Shown here piece after piece: positions 14,395-35,596 of a stretch of DNA of 64,000 nt. A model generated the notes under the pieces. It had not been told where the DNA came from. It searched no databases and saw only the letters and a program-made list of their open reading frames with translations. The position numbers were made by a program, and so were the translations under genes. Source of the stretch: the human T2T-CHM13v2.0 reference genome, Homo sapiens; the NCBI RefSeq assembly GCF_009914755.1, contig NC_060942.1; one strand, written 5' to 3'. Position 1 is the stretch's first letter. Every line of letters starts with the position of its first letter.

Positions 14395-14779
14395 TGTTAT
14401 GGGCCGAACTGTGGCCCCAAAATTCATATGCTGAAGTCCTAACCCCAGTACCTCAGAATGTGACTGTATTTTGGAGATAGGGCCTTTAAAGAGGTAATTA
14501 AGGTAAAATGAGGTCACATGGGTGGACCCTAATTCAATATGAGCAGTGCACTTGTAAGAAGAGGAGATTAGGACACAGACACACACAGAGGAAAGACTGT
14601 GAACACAGAGAGAGAAGACAGCCATCTACAAGGCAAGGAGAGAGGCCTTAAAAGAAATTAACCCTGTCAACACCTTGATCTCAGACTTCCAGCCTCTAGA
14701 ACTGTGAGAAAATAAATTTCTGTTGTTTAAGCCACTCAGTCTATGATACTTTATTATGACAACCCTAGCAAATGAGACA
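14395..14779 (+). mobile_element. MLT1A0/MLT1B MaLR LTR
   Basis: tgttatgggccgaactgt...cagaatgtgactgtattttggagatagggcc...aataaatttctgttgtttaagccac. Confidence 0.9.
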
Positions 14780-15430
14780 GGACCCAGTATAAAATGATGA
14801 AGGGACTGCCCAGGATGATGGTAAAGGAATACCCCAAATGACAGTGAAGGCATGCCTAGAGAGCAACTAATGCAATTTGAGCAAGTTGGGAACCTCTGGG
14901 AGAGATGTCTCCAAGAAGATGAAACTAGTAGAACATCTTATGTGTTTAAATATATTGAACACACAATTGAGGCAGAATTTGGGAACAAATTACCAATAAG
15001 TAAATAGAAAACTAAGAACACAATAAAATAAATAGAAGGCAATTATCAACTCTTTAGAAAATGAAAAGTTGTGAAGGAAAGAAAGGGCAGTTATGACATA
15101 TTACATGATATATCTGAGAACATAGTGTCAATCATGTAAACACTGAAGGCTGATCAAATCTTCAGAAGACAAAAAGTTGTGCAGGAACAGAAAGGTAATC
15201 ATGGCACATTACATGATGTACCTGTGAACAGTATTTGCACAGCATCGATCATGTAAATATTGAATACTGATCTGACCCAAATTGTCATATTAACTATACT
15301 GAGGGAGACAGGAAGTCTGTGTATGTAGGTGTGTGACAGAGATGGGGACCATGGGAGGCAGGGAAAGGAAGTTTCTCACATATTCCATACTGATTAATCA
15401 GTTGGTAGTACCAGAAGTGGAAAAATCAAG

Positions 15431-15939
15431 TGTCAAGAACTGTGAAGAATCTGAGATTTTACCGTACTTTAAGCTATCAAGTTAGCCTGCCACAGTTCAT
15501 GCATGCTAACAGAAGATACAAAACTCTGGGGTCAGAAGCAAAGTACTTTGTTAGTTGTGGCACAGCAAATGGTATGAGCTTCACATTCACAATCATTCCT
15601 TTTACACTCACTCAGTCCCATGAGGGCGATGTGTGGCAGCACAGGTGGATACTACACATGCAAAAGGTTTGCATCACAGCTGAGGAATCTTTAAATAGAA
15701 AATTCGATCTTTTATAATGGGCTGCAAACAAACCTGTCCAGCCTTTGCCCCAGAAAGAGACATCATCTTTATTATACTGCACAGTGAGCAAACCTGATCT
15801 CTACTCCGGAGAGACTATCTCTTCTAATGCTTTGCTGTACATACATCCAAAAAAGATAGCTTGGAAAAAAAGCTGTAAGTGCCTCTGCTTGTGAGACATT
15901 CAAAAATGCAAGAAATTCATGGAGAATTGCCTCTCAACA
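15431..15939 (-). mobile_element. ERVL-class solo LTR (LTR47-like)
   Basis: tgtcaagaactgtgaag...ggagaattgcctctcaaca; reverse-complement similarity to 3251-3676. Confidence 0.6.
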
Positions 15940-15967
15940 TCAAGAAATAACAATGTAAGCACACTAC

Positions 15968-16282
15968 AGACAGTCCCCAACCTACAATAGTTCAACTTAC
16001 CATTTTTCAACTCTATAATGGTGTGAAAGTGATATGCATTCAGTAGAAATCACACTTCGAATTTTGATCTTTTCAATACTTTATCATAAAATATACTTTG
16101 TGTTAGAGAATTTTGCCCAGCTGTAGGCTACTGTAAGTGTTCTGAGCATGTTTAAGGTAGGCGAGGCTAAGCTACGATGTTCGGTAGGTTAGGTTTACTA
16201 CATGTAGTTTCAACTTAGGATATTTTCAATTTTATGGTGTGTTTATTAGGACACTACCCCATCATAAGTTGAGGAGCATCTG
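15968..16282. mobile_element. MER47 (Tigger5-derived MITE)
   Basis: TA-flanked termini cagacagtccccaac...aagttgaggagcatctg. Confidence 0.8.
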
Positions 16283-16919
16283 TATTTAGCAATAGAGAGG
16301 TAAATATAAAAATAATTAGTTAAAAGAGTTGAACGTCATTGCCTCTGGAGAGTGGATGTTGGCATTGGGAAGGGGAGTTAGACAGTTGACCACTGTTTAC
16401 ACCACAGCTCTTGAAGTACTATGTGACTCTTTAAAATATGTGCATGGATAACTGATAAAAATGAAAATAAAAATTTTAAAATTTCATAGGAAGCATTATA
16501 TACTTTTAGATGTTGAGATTTATCTAAGACTGAAACTATCTACAAGGTCAAACTCCAAATTATTAATATTCTAAATAGCCTCACGGTTATCACTGATAAT
16601 GCTTAAAAAGCAAATGCTATAATTTAAATTTGTGACATAAATTTTACCATTTACCCCCCAAGAAATGATTGAACAAGGCATTGCCTTCACAACATATGAT
16701 GGAAAATTCAAATAACTTTGCTATACTGGATAGATGCTTATGAGGTAAAATTTCTTATCTGAATAAGCTTTATGGTTTATTTACTCCTGGAAAGCATTTA
16801 GGATTTGGATGGGACTGGAGGGAGGGAAGTATTCATCCACTTTCAACAAATCAGTCAACATGATAACGTTTCTATATTTTCTTCTATATTTAGTCTATAA
16901 CGGAGGTAGAAAAAAAAGT

Positions 16920-17258
16920 CAGCTGAGAACAGTGGCTCACACCTGTAATCCCAGCACTTTGAGAGTCCTAGGCGGGAGAATTGCTTGAGGCCAGGAGTTT
17001 GAGACCAGCCTGAGCAACGTAGTAAGACCCTCGTCTCTACAAAACATTAAAAAATTAGCTGGGCATGGTAGCACACACCTGTAGTCCCAGCTGCTTGGGA
17101 AGTTGAGGCAGGAAGATTCGTTGGGCCCAGGAGTTCGAGGTTAAAGTGAGCTATCAGGAAGATTCGTTGGGCCCAGGAGTTTGAGGTTAAAGTGAGCTAT
17201 GATTGTGCCACTGCACTCCAGCCTGGGGGACAGAGCAAGAACCTATCTCCAAAAAAAC
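16920..17258 (+). mobile_element. AluJ with internal 46-bp tandem duplication
   Basis: Alu in which 17109-17154 is repeated at 17155-17200. Confidence 0.9.
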
Positions 17259-18037
17259 CCAAGAAAGAGCAAGCTCAGCTACCAAAAGGACTTAGCATGC
17301 TTTCTTTTGAGGAGGGGGTAGATAAGTTATATCAAAAACTCAGAAGAAAGGGGGGAATTTAGAAGTAATACTATCTCAACCTCAGGAGGGAATGAGAAAG
17401 AAAAATGAATTTAGCAGAAGTGTGGAGGCACAAAATAGCTTTCCAACAGCACCACCACCACGCAATCCCTCACTGCCAAGTTTTGAGACAGATCGTTTAG
17501 TATAGCTTTGTTGTTAATTTGAAGGATTGCAAGGAACATTCAAACATAGCCATAATTCAAATATAAGGATAAACTATTCTACAGTGTTAGCTAAAATTAT
17601 TCGGTATAATCTGGAATTTGTATGGATATAGGGTTAAATCCAGACAGACTGGCTCCAGGGTCCACGACTTCAGCCACTATGTCATATAAATATTTAACAA
17701 AAAATAAATATATATTTAAGTTAAATGTACAGTGCTTGACACAGAATAGTCGTTTCAGAAATAGTAGATGTTATTATTTTAAACAGAGAAAGAAGATATA
17801 TACAGTTACAGGGTACAACACCCAAGAATAAACTTGGTGATATCTTTGTCACTACATTGAGAAAGTCTACCAGAAAATGAATCCAACCCAAAGAAAGAGG
17901 AATCTAAAGTTAATAACGGAGAGTCCTGGTGATGGCATTTGAAACCCTAGAAGCAACTGGAGTCAGTATCTTACACTTCCTGGTTAGGTGTACCAGTAAA
18001 TTCTCCTTATTTTAAAAAATGAGTTTGAATTTGATTT

Positions 18038-18451
18038 TGATATAGTTTCAATGTTTGCCCCCTCAAAATTGTATGTTGAAATGTGATCCCCAGTGTTGGA
18101 GGTGAACCTAGTGGGAGGTGTTTGGGTCATAGAGGTGGATCCCTCATGAATGGCTTGATGCCCTCCCCTTGGGGATGAGAGATCTTGCTCTGAGTTCACA
18201 GGAGAGCTGTTTGTTTAAAAGAGCCTGCACCTCCTCCCCTTTCTCTTGCTCCCTCTCTTGCCATGTGACATGACTACTCCGCCTTCATCTTCTACCAGGA
18301 GTAAAAGCTTCCTGAGGTCCTCACCAGAAGCAGATGCTGGTGGCATGTTTCTTGTACAGCCTGCAGAACTGTGAACTAAATAAATCCCTTTTATTTATAA
18401 ATTACCTAGTCTTGGGCCTTCCTTTACAGCAACGCAAAATGGGCTAACACA
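18038..18451 (+). mobile_element. MSTB MaLR solo LTR
   Basis: TG...CA termini with perfect 5-bp TSD GATTT (18033-18037 and 18452-18456). Confidence 0.9.
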
Positions 18452-18724
18452 GATTTCCACTTTATTCTGAAAGATGTCTAACAGCTTTATTACACAAAAA
18501 TTTATTAAGCATCTATTACATGCCAGGCATTCTACCAGTCATCAGAGATAGAATGGTGAACACACTTCTGATTTTTGTTCTTGCACTTCCACAGTCCTAG
18601 CCAACTACCCTAAAAGACAGCTGGTTCAGCCAAAGCTGTCAATTCATAGTAATTTATGGATCCTTGGAAGATATAATATAATTCCTTGAGAAGCCAAGGA
18701 TATTGAAGAGTTCTTGTCATAGAC

Positions 18725-19110
18725 TCCAAATAAATGGCCACTAATTATTTTCAGCATCTTCCACCTAAAGACAGAGTCTATTTCTCCATCCCTTGAATCT
18801 GAGGGCTTGGCATGTGACTTGTTTTGGTCAGTAAGATATTAGTAAATAACATGCAAACAGGAGCTTGAAAAGTGCTTGTGTGACTCTTTCAGAAGAAAAT
18901 GATGGAAATCCAATTGAAAGGTGGGCTATTGAGAGACCATTGCTGAGAGTGGATCAGCCACCCTAGGTGCCTCAGCTAAGCCTAGCCCCCACTGAAACCA
19001 CCAACTGGCTACAACTGAGTGATCATAGGCAAGACCAGCAGAAGAACAGTTGTTTAAGGCTAATATGTTGTGAGGTGAATTATTACAAAGAGCAAAGGCA
19101 AACTCATACA
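18725..19110 (+). mobile_element. MLT1 (G/H-like) LTR
   Basis: agtctatttctccatcccttgaatctg...gtgacttgttttggtca...caaaggcaaactcataca. Confidence 0.65.
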
Positions 19111-19385
19111 GTTCTGACATTGTTTTTGTAATGAGTTCTAAATATCATATCTTTTAAATATACAAAATAGAAAATTTCAATTACGTAACAGTGTTTTTAC
19201 CCAATGAACTGTTTAGGGAAGAGGCCTCAGGTACCAGTACTAAGGATATAGGCAACAGGCCTTATGGAATCTTATACTTTATTCTTTCAAGGATGGGGAT
19301 ATCTTTAAAATATTTTAGTCAACTCTTATATCTGTTTTTTAGATAACAGCATTATTCAGATAAAATTCTTATGCCACATATGACA

Positions 19386-19800
19386 TTAGATGCATGTATA
19401 TTTACAATTTTTATCTCTTCCTGATGTATTTACCCTTTTATCATTATGAAATGCCCCTCTTTCTCTCTTGTAATATTCCTTGTCTTGAAGCATATTTTGT
19501 GTGGTGTTAACAGCTGATTCAACTTTCTTGTGATCACTACTTGCATGGTATATCTGTTTCCATCTTATTTCTTTCAAATGATAAGTGTCTTTAGATCTAG
19601 AGTATGTCTCTTTCAGACAGTCTATAGTGGGACTTGCTTTTGGTTTTGAATCCAGCTTGGCAGTCTTTTCCTTTTGATTGCAGGGTTTAGTCCATTTACA
19701 TTTAATGTAATTACTGACATAGTTTGATTTACGCTTGCTATTTGAAGTTTGTTTTCTGTATGCCTTATCTTTCTTGTTTCTTTGTTCCTCCTTTTTATTA
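19386..19800 (-). mobile_element. L1 ORF2 endonuclease remnant
   Basis: ORF track shows VITLNVNGLNPAIKRKRL and WKQIYHAS, matching the L1 ORF2p N-terminus. Confidence 0.85.
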
Positions 19801-20770
19801 TTATTGTTTTTGATTGTGGCATAATACGCATAACATAAAATTTACCATCTTAACCATTTTAAAGTGTACAGTTCAGAGTCATAAAGAACATTCACATTGT
19901 TGTGCAACCATTCATCTCTCTTTTCTTGCAAAATGGAAACTTTATACACATTAAATAATAATTTCCAATTCTCTCCTGTGCACAGCCCCAGGTAACCACC
20001 ATTCTACTTTTCATCTCTATGAATTTGACTTCTCTAGGAGCCTTATATAAGTGTAATCATAAAGTATTTGTCATTTTGTGACTGGCTTATTTCACTAAAC
20101 ATAATGCCCTCAAAGCCCATCCATACTGTAGCATGTGTCAGAATTTCCTTCTTTTTGAGGCTGAATAATATTCTTTTGTATCTATGGACCACATTTTACT
20201 TACCCATTTATTTACTAATGGACATGGGTTACTTCCATATTTTGACTATTGCAAATAATATTGCTATGAACATGGGTGTACAAATATTTCTTCAAGTTCC
20301 TCATTTAAATTCTTTTGGGCATAAGCCCAGAAATGGAATGCCTGGATCACATGCTAATTCTATTTTTAATTTTTAAAGGAACCATTATACTGTCTTCTAT
20401 AGCAGCTGCACTATTTCAGATTCTTTCCAGAAGTGCACAGAGTTTCCAATTTTTCCACATCCTTGGCAACACTTGTATTTTCTGTTTTTTGTTTTGTTTT
20501 GTTTTGTTTTTAAATAGTAGCCATCCTAATGAGTATACGGTGGTATGTCATTGTGGTTTTGAATTGCATTTCCCTAATGACTAATAATGTTGAGCATCTT
20601 TTCATATGTTTATTTATCATTTGTATATATTCTTTGGAGAAATGTCTATTCATGTCCTTTGTCTGTTTTTTAATTGAATTGCTTGTTTTTTGTTGTTGTT
20701 GAGTTCCTCTGTTCCTCCTTTTCTGGTTTGTTTGTTTGTTTGTTTGTTTGGAGTTGGGATTTTGTATATT
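19800..20770 (-). mobile_element. L1MB 3' end
   Basis: ORF2 C-terminal motif [40 protein letters not shown] plus L1 3' UTR. Confidence 0.85.
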
Positions 20771-20774
20771 GCCC

Positions 20775-21212
20775 AGATTGCCCAGGCTGGCCTCAAACAC
20801 CTAGGCTCAAGTGATCCTCCTGCCTCAGCCTCCCGAGTAGCTACGACTACAGCCACACACCACTGTGCCCAGATTAGTGTACAATTTTAATTCCTTTGTT
20901 GATTTCTTAGCTATATTTTTAACATTTTAGTCTTACTTAATTTGCCTGTAATCCCAGCTACTCACAAGGCTGAGGTGGAAGGATCACTTGAGGCCAAGAG
21001 TTCAAGACCAGCCTGGGTAACATAGTGAGACCCAATCTCTGAAATAATTTAAAAATTAGCTGGATATGGTGGTGCATACTTGTGGTCCTAGCTACTCATA
21101 ATGTTGAGGTGGGAGGATTGCTTGAGCCCAGAAGTTCGACGTTACAGTGAGCTATGTTTGTGCCCCTGTACTCCAGCCTGGGTGGCAGAATAAGACATCA
21201 TCTCATTAAAAA
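20775..21212. mobile_element. Alu fragment (-, 20775-20870) and AluJ (+, 20943-21212)
   Basis: Alu sequence. Confidence 0.8.
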
Positions 21213-21295
21213 ATTACTTAATTTTACTTAATACAGTTTTACACTTATTTATTTCACCTAAATTATTTTAAATTACTTTTTTATTGGTTATTCTA

Positions 21296-22696
<1,401 letters not shown>

Positions 22697-22699
22697 GTA

Positions 22700-26720
<4,021 letters not shown>

Positions 26721-26741
26721 CACAGTTTTTTACGTAGGAAC

Positions 26742-27270
26742 CTGTATTAGTTAGGACCTTTCAGAGTCATGTAAAAGAAATTCAACTGAATTAGTTAGGA
26801 CTTTTAGAATTTTAATATGAACTGGCTTAAACAGTACAGGAAATTTGTGGTTCACAATTCTGGATAGTCTGTAAGATGGCCTTGCTCACAATCCCGAATA
26901 GTCTATAGGATAGTCCATAGAATCAAACAGGTGAGGTTTGATACTGCAGCTCAAATCATGCCACCAAACACAAGGTTCTTCTCCATCTTTCCCGCATTCA
27001 TTTGACAGTACTGACTTCAACCCCAGGCTCTACTTGTTGCTGTCCCTCTAAACTCCCATCCCTCTAGGGTTTCCCCTTATAGGAGGAAAACGGTTGCCAC
27101 ATTTCCAGGCATCATATACTTACACCATGCTAGAGGAGCAAGGAAGCTACAGTTTACTGGAAGCCTCAGCCCCAGTCTTTGTGGGTTCATTGTTTCTGAC
27201 TGGGCTTGTGACCATCTCTGCTGCTAGAGGGAATGGTTATGTTGCCTGGCTTAAATGGAAGGAATAAATG
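26742..27270 (-). mobile_element. Old MLT1 (J/K/L-like) LTR
   Basis: tgtattagttaggac...actggcttaaacag...ggaaattt. Confidence 0.5.
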
Positions 27271-28378
27271 CTCAAGTGGCAGCCAACAAATACATTCAAT
27301 ATCCACACATATTGGCTCCAAATAATAAATCAATGAATGAGTGGGCTCACCCACTTAGGCTCACATGCTCACAGCACTTAAAGAGCTCCACAAACCATGC
27401 CCTCCAAATGAAACCACGGTCTACATTCTGCCAGCTCTTTCTCCCTTTCCATTTCTCCTTTCTTCTCTTTCACACCCTCACCTTTGGCTAGGCCACTCGA
27501 TGTTGCAAGAAACACGTCCATCAGCAATTGCCTCAGTAGAAAACTCCCTCTGCTCCCCTCCTGCATCCACATAGCAGCTTCAGGCAAGGCCTCCATAAGG
27601 CCCAGCGTGGATCAGTGCCTGCCCCTTGGCCGAATCAGTGCTGTCACAGGCAGAGAATTGTCACTGCCATGCTCACCTGCCCAACCCAGTGGTCAGAGAA
27701 GACTGTTCTACTGCGAGAGGAGCCATGAGAAGGCTTTTCCGAAAGTCAAAGACCAATGGCTACCTCAGACCATCCCGTATCCACTCGTGGGAGGCCCCTG
27801 AATGAATCTAAGGCCCCAGGGGTTGAACTTTACTGAGTAGGGAGCGCAGAGTACTAGGGACAAATTTACCGCCCGCTTTGAGGAAAGCTGATGTGGGAGC
27901 AGAGAGCAAGATGGATAGCAGCGGCCAATCTAAACGGGCAACGAAGTGCCACAGAGTGCTGCACGTAGGAATGCGAGTGACAGGTAGGGTCGTCTATTCC
28001 AAGTCCCTCCTCTCCCCTAATAAACTGCCACATTTCAGAAAACACGAAGACTGCTGAAGCCGTTTCCAGCCTTCGCTACGCATTAGCAGAGCAACTCAAC
28101 AAGCCTGGGTGAAAGGCTTCTCGAAGAAATTCAGTTATCTCTACTGCCAGCCAAACACGGACTGGGCAGCTTTCCTCGGGGGCTGCTCGGTAACTGCTGA
28201 GCCGGGGGCGCGCTGAAGCCCTGCAGAAGCCCACACCCGCTTCAGGAATTCCGTGGATGTTCCCGACAGAGGTTTATTCCCGCCTATCCCTACAGGCCCA
28301 CGGCGCTCTTTCCTCCAATCCCACACCCAGTCGAAGGCGGGGCAGCCGCCCCACCCAGCGGCCAGCCGGGCGGCCCCC

Positions 28379-28546
28379 AGTCTGGTTTAACTGGTTGGAA
28401 CGACTAAAGCACGCTGGCGCAAGGAAAGCTCTCAACTTCGGGAGCTGAGGCGCAGGCTGGCCAGAGCGTGGAGAGGAAAGCCCTTTCCATCCTCAAGGCC
28501 GTTGCAGGAGATGCCCGCGAGCCACCTTCGCCAGCACCACACCGGG
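28379..28546 (+). other. RALBP1: RALBP1 alternative non-coding first exon (1a)
   Basis: AGTCTGGTTTAACTGGTTGGAACGACTAAAG...CACCACACCGGG matches my recall of a RALBP1/RLIP76 cDNA 5' end; strong donor GG|gtaagc at 28547. Confidence 0.75.
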
Positions 28547-28682
28547 GTAAGCCGTCCGTCCCCGAAACCCGCAAGGCCACCGACTGCGCAGGCGCCTGCA
28601 GAGCACTGGCCCTCGGCGCGTTCTCTCGCGCTCTTCTTCAGTCTCCTCAGCGAGCCTGGGGACGAAGGGGGCGCGGTGCCTC

Positions 28683-28762
28683 CTGGGTGTTGTAGTTTGC
28701 TTCCTTGGCGAGAGGCCTTCGGGCTGGCTGGACGCCGGGGCCTTGGGAACTACGCCTCCCAG
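28683..28762. promoter_or_regulatory. Two divergent ZNF143/THAP11-type ACTAYRnnnCCCAG motifs
   Basis: Minus strand ACTACAACACCCAG (28683-28696); plus strand ACTACGCCTCCCAG (28749-28762). Confidence 0.65.
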
Positions 28763-28899
28763 CGCGCCCCGCGCGAGAGCCCAGGTCGCCTGCCCTTGAC
28801 GGCTTCAGCCGTCTGAGCGGAGAGGAGGATCCGGGAAGCCGGCTGCGGCGGGAGGAGGGAATGCGCGTGCGCGCTGGACCGCCTCGTCCCGTTCCGTCC

Positions 28900-29061
28900 C
28901 AATCATTGTAAACAGGCAGAGGCTGGGCGGGGTGGGAATGGGGCGCCCGAGGCCGGCCTGGGGCGCAGCGCAGGAGGCGGCTCCGGTGGCTGCGGCGGCA
29001 GCGTGAGCGCGAGGAGGCGGAGGCTGCGGCGGGGCGGACGGTCGCGCGGCGGCAGGCACAG
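28900..29061 (+). other. RALBP1: RALBP1 non-coding first exon (1b); TSS approximate
   Basis: ...GCGGACGGTCGCGCGGCGGCAGGCACAG matches the recalled RALBP1 mRNA 5' UTR; donor CAG|gtcagt at 29062. Confidence 0.8.
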
Positions 29062-30278
29062 GTCAGTCGCAGGGAGCGGTCGCGTGCTAGGGTCGCGGCG
29101 ATACCCCTGGAGTGCCCGAGGAACCCTCTCCCGCGCCGGCCTCGCGCCCGCGTCTGTCAGGCAGCGTGTGGGGCTCGGTGCTCGCAGCGCTCGGGTTTGA
29201 AGTTGGGGGTGGGGGGCGTGGCTGCCCCTGGCGTGGGTTCCTCCCCGGAAAGCTTCGCCCCAGTTTTCGCCCCCCTTGGCCGTGCGTCCCTCCCACTGGC
29301 CGACGGGCCTCCCTTCGTGGCGTCCTCGTTTGTGGTGCTCTCGGGGGCCGGGGGTGGAGAGTTAGGAGTCCCCAGGCCTCGGGGAAGCTCTTGGGGGGCG
29401 CCTGGACAGAGGCTAGGGGACCCAGCCCTCACGGTTGGTGGATCGTGCCCGGCATAGTGGCCAGGCTCCAGGGCTTACCCAGGGGACCAGGACAGGCTCC
29501 TGGTGTCGCCCACCGCTGGCACTGAGCAGTGGGCGCCTTTGGGTGCTGCGATCCTTCCTTCAGGTTTCAGTGGGAATGGACAGACAGATCTGAAGTTGAA
29601 AATTCTTTTCACAACTCATGTTCAACTATGTGTGTTGTCAGAATGCTCTTAATGAGGTCAGTGTTCTCCCTCTTTTTTTTAAAACTGATCGTTGTGAGAG
29701 TGAAACAGGTTTTACAGAATATTTAACACCTCCGTCTTCCCTGAAGTAATTCTGCTGTTTCAAGTTTTGGGATTCAGTATTACAAAGCCTTCCTCTTGAG
29801 CAAGGCCTAGTACAATTCTTCAAGGTCCCTAGCATGTTAATTCGAGGTGTTTTGAACGTGCATATACAGGAAGTGCAGCCGTTTGGCCGTTGAGTTAGTG
29901 CTCCATCCAGCCTTGTTAGAAAAGCTTTCGCTGAATTTTTAATTTAGTGGAGTGGTCATGTTCTAATGCTGCAGTACTTTGGGGAGTATTCCATTATACT
30001 TGGCAGTTATTAACGAAATACTGAACTTGTGATAAGGTTTTGTTTTGGTGCTCAGCATTTCTAAATGAATAAGTGGGACTGTGAATAAGAAAGATCACCT
30101 CACTTTCTGTTTTTAGAGTTATTGTGGTCATTTGATAACTCCTTTCTGTCTTTGTGAAAATAATTACTGTAAGCTGGAGTGGCGGTAGTAGGGGTAGGAA
30201 GGAGGTCAGTAGAGTGGTTTCCACCTCTCATTCAAAGTATCTGGTAGATCCAAGTGGGGTAGGTTAGTTAACAGTAGC

Positions 30279-30586
30279 TTTTTTTTTTTTTTTTTTAGTT
30301 TTTTATTTTTTGAGACAGAGTTTCGCTCTTGTTGCCCAGGTTGGAGTGCAATGGCATGATCTCAGCTCACCACAGCCTCTGCCTCCTGGGTTCAAACGAT
30401 TCTGCTGCCTCAGCCTCCTGAGGGGATTACAGGCATGCGCCATCACGCCCGGCTAATTTTATATTTTTAGTAGAGACATTTTCTCTATGTTGGTCAGGCT
30501 GGTCTTGAACTCCCGACCTCAGGTGATCTGCCCGCCTAGGCCTCCCAAAGCGCTGGGATTACAGGCGTGTGCCACCGCGCCCTGCC
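30279..30586 (-). mobile_element. AluSp/Sq
   Basis: Antisense Alu; TSD-like aacagtag on both sides. Confidence 0.9.
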
Positions 30587-30959
30587 AACAGTAGTAGCTT
30601 TTGAGAAGTGACTCTTTAAACAAGGTATCTCGAAACAATGTAATACAACTTAGTTTGCTTTCTCTTCAGGATATTGTTTCTAATTATGGATCTTATCCAG
30701 ACTATTTCTCCCCTAATTTAGAATAGGAAAGTGGTATCAGAAAGTGCATAATAACTTTAATTTGTACAGTTATATTTGCATAGTTGTTTGCTTGGCAAGA
30801 AGAGATCGGGCCCAGCATGTAACCCAAAAGAATATTGTTTCTGTTTTGAAAGATCCCTGATAGAAACTTATGTTAGTTTGTATAAGAGGGTACAAGGAAA
30901 AATGCAGATTATTTAGAATACAGGAATTACTATGTAGAAAGTACTGTGACCAGGTGAAG

Positions 30960-34395
<3,436 letters not shown>

Positions 34396-34833
34396 GCTTT
34401 TCTTTTTTAAAACAGCTTTATTGAAATATAATTCACGTATCCATAAAATTCACTCCTTTAAATTATACAATTCATTGGTATGTAGCATGTAGTTATTCAT
34501 TGGTCTGTGTGACTTAATTTTTTTTTTTTTTTTTTGAGACAGAGTCACACTCTGTCACCCATGCTGGAGTGCAGTGGTGCAGCCACAGCTTATTGCAGCT
34601 TGACTTCCCAGGCTCAGATAGATGATCCTCCGACTTCAGCCTCCTGAGTAGCTGAGACTACGGGTGTGTGCCACTATGCCTGGCTAATTTTTTGTATTTT
34701 TTTTGTGGAGACGGGGTTTTGCCATATTGCCCAGGCTGGTCTCAAACTCCTGGGCTCAAGTGATCCACCTCTCTCGGCTTCCCAAAGTGCTGGGCTCAAT
34801 GAGCCACCACGCGCAGTCTCATTGGTTTTTAGT

Positions 34834-35147
34834 ACAGATGCTTCTCTACTTTTCTCTACTTACGACACAGTTACATCCTGATAAACCTATAGCAATTCGA
34901 AAATATTGTAAGTGGAAAATGCATTTAATGCACCTAACATCATAGCTTAGCCTCGCCTACTGTAAACATGCTCAGAACACTTACATTAGCCTACAAAATC
35001 CTCTAACACAAAGTTTATTTTATAATAAAGTGTGGAATATCTCATGTAATTTATTGCATACTGAAAGTGAAAAACAGAATGATTTTATGGATACCATGTA
35101 AAGTTGAAAAATCCCAAGTTGAAACATTGTATGTTGGGGACAGTCTG
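34834..35147. mobile_element. MER47A MITE
   Basis: TA-flanked cagatgct...tgttggggacagtctg; inverse orientation of 15968-16282. Confidence 0.8.
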
Positions 35148-35596
35148 TATATACAGAGTTGTACAGCCATCACCACAGTCAATTTTAGAACATTTTCATT
35201 ACTCCCCCAAAAAAACCTCCCCATTAGCAGTAGTCACTCAGTATTTCCCCTGCCCTCATTAATCTACTTCTGTATCTCTTGATATTTCAGATATTCTGGA
35301 TATTTCATATAAATGAAACCATATATATCATCTTTTGCAACTGCTTTCCCTCACTTAATGTTTTCAGGGTTCATCCATATTGTAGGATATATTAGCACTT
35401 CATATTTTTTATTGCAAAACAGTACTCTCTTATCTGGATATACCACATTTCATTTATCCATTTATCAGTTGAACATCTAAGTCGTTTCTCCTTCTTGACT
35501 ATTCTGAATAATGCTGGTGTGAATATTCATGTACAAGTTTTTGTGCGGGCATACGTTTTCATTTCTTGTGTATATACCTAGGAGTAGAATTGCTGG

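Larger units (their letters stand above)
28150..29520. promoter_or_regulatory. RALBP1: CpG island / RALBP1 promoter
   Basis: Abrupt high GC and CpG density; NRF1-like TGCGCAGGCGC (28585-28595) and TGCGCGTGCGC (28862-28872), CCAAT (28899-28903), forkhead TGTAAACA (28907-28914), GC box (28925-28932). Confidence 0.9.

Noticed and set aside
15057-15275. Diverged ~108-bp tandem duplication in HAL1-like sequence
   Set aside because: Old and degraded, with no sign of function
28141-29525. Overlapping Arg/Gly/Pro-rich ORFs on both strands
   Set aside because: Expected from stop-codon scarcity in a CpG island; no recognisable protein
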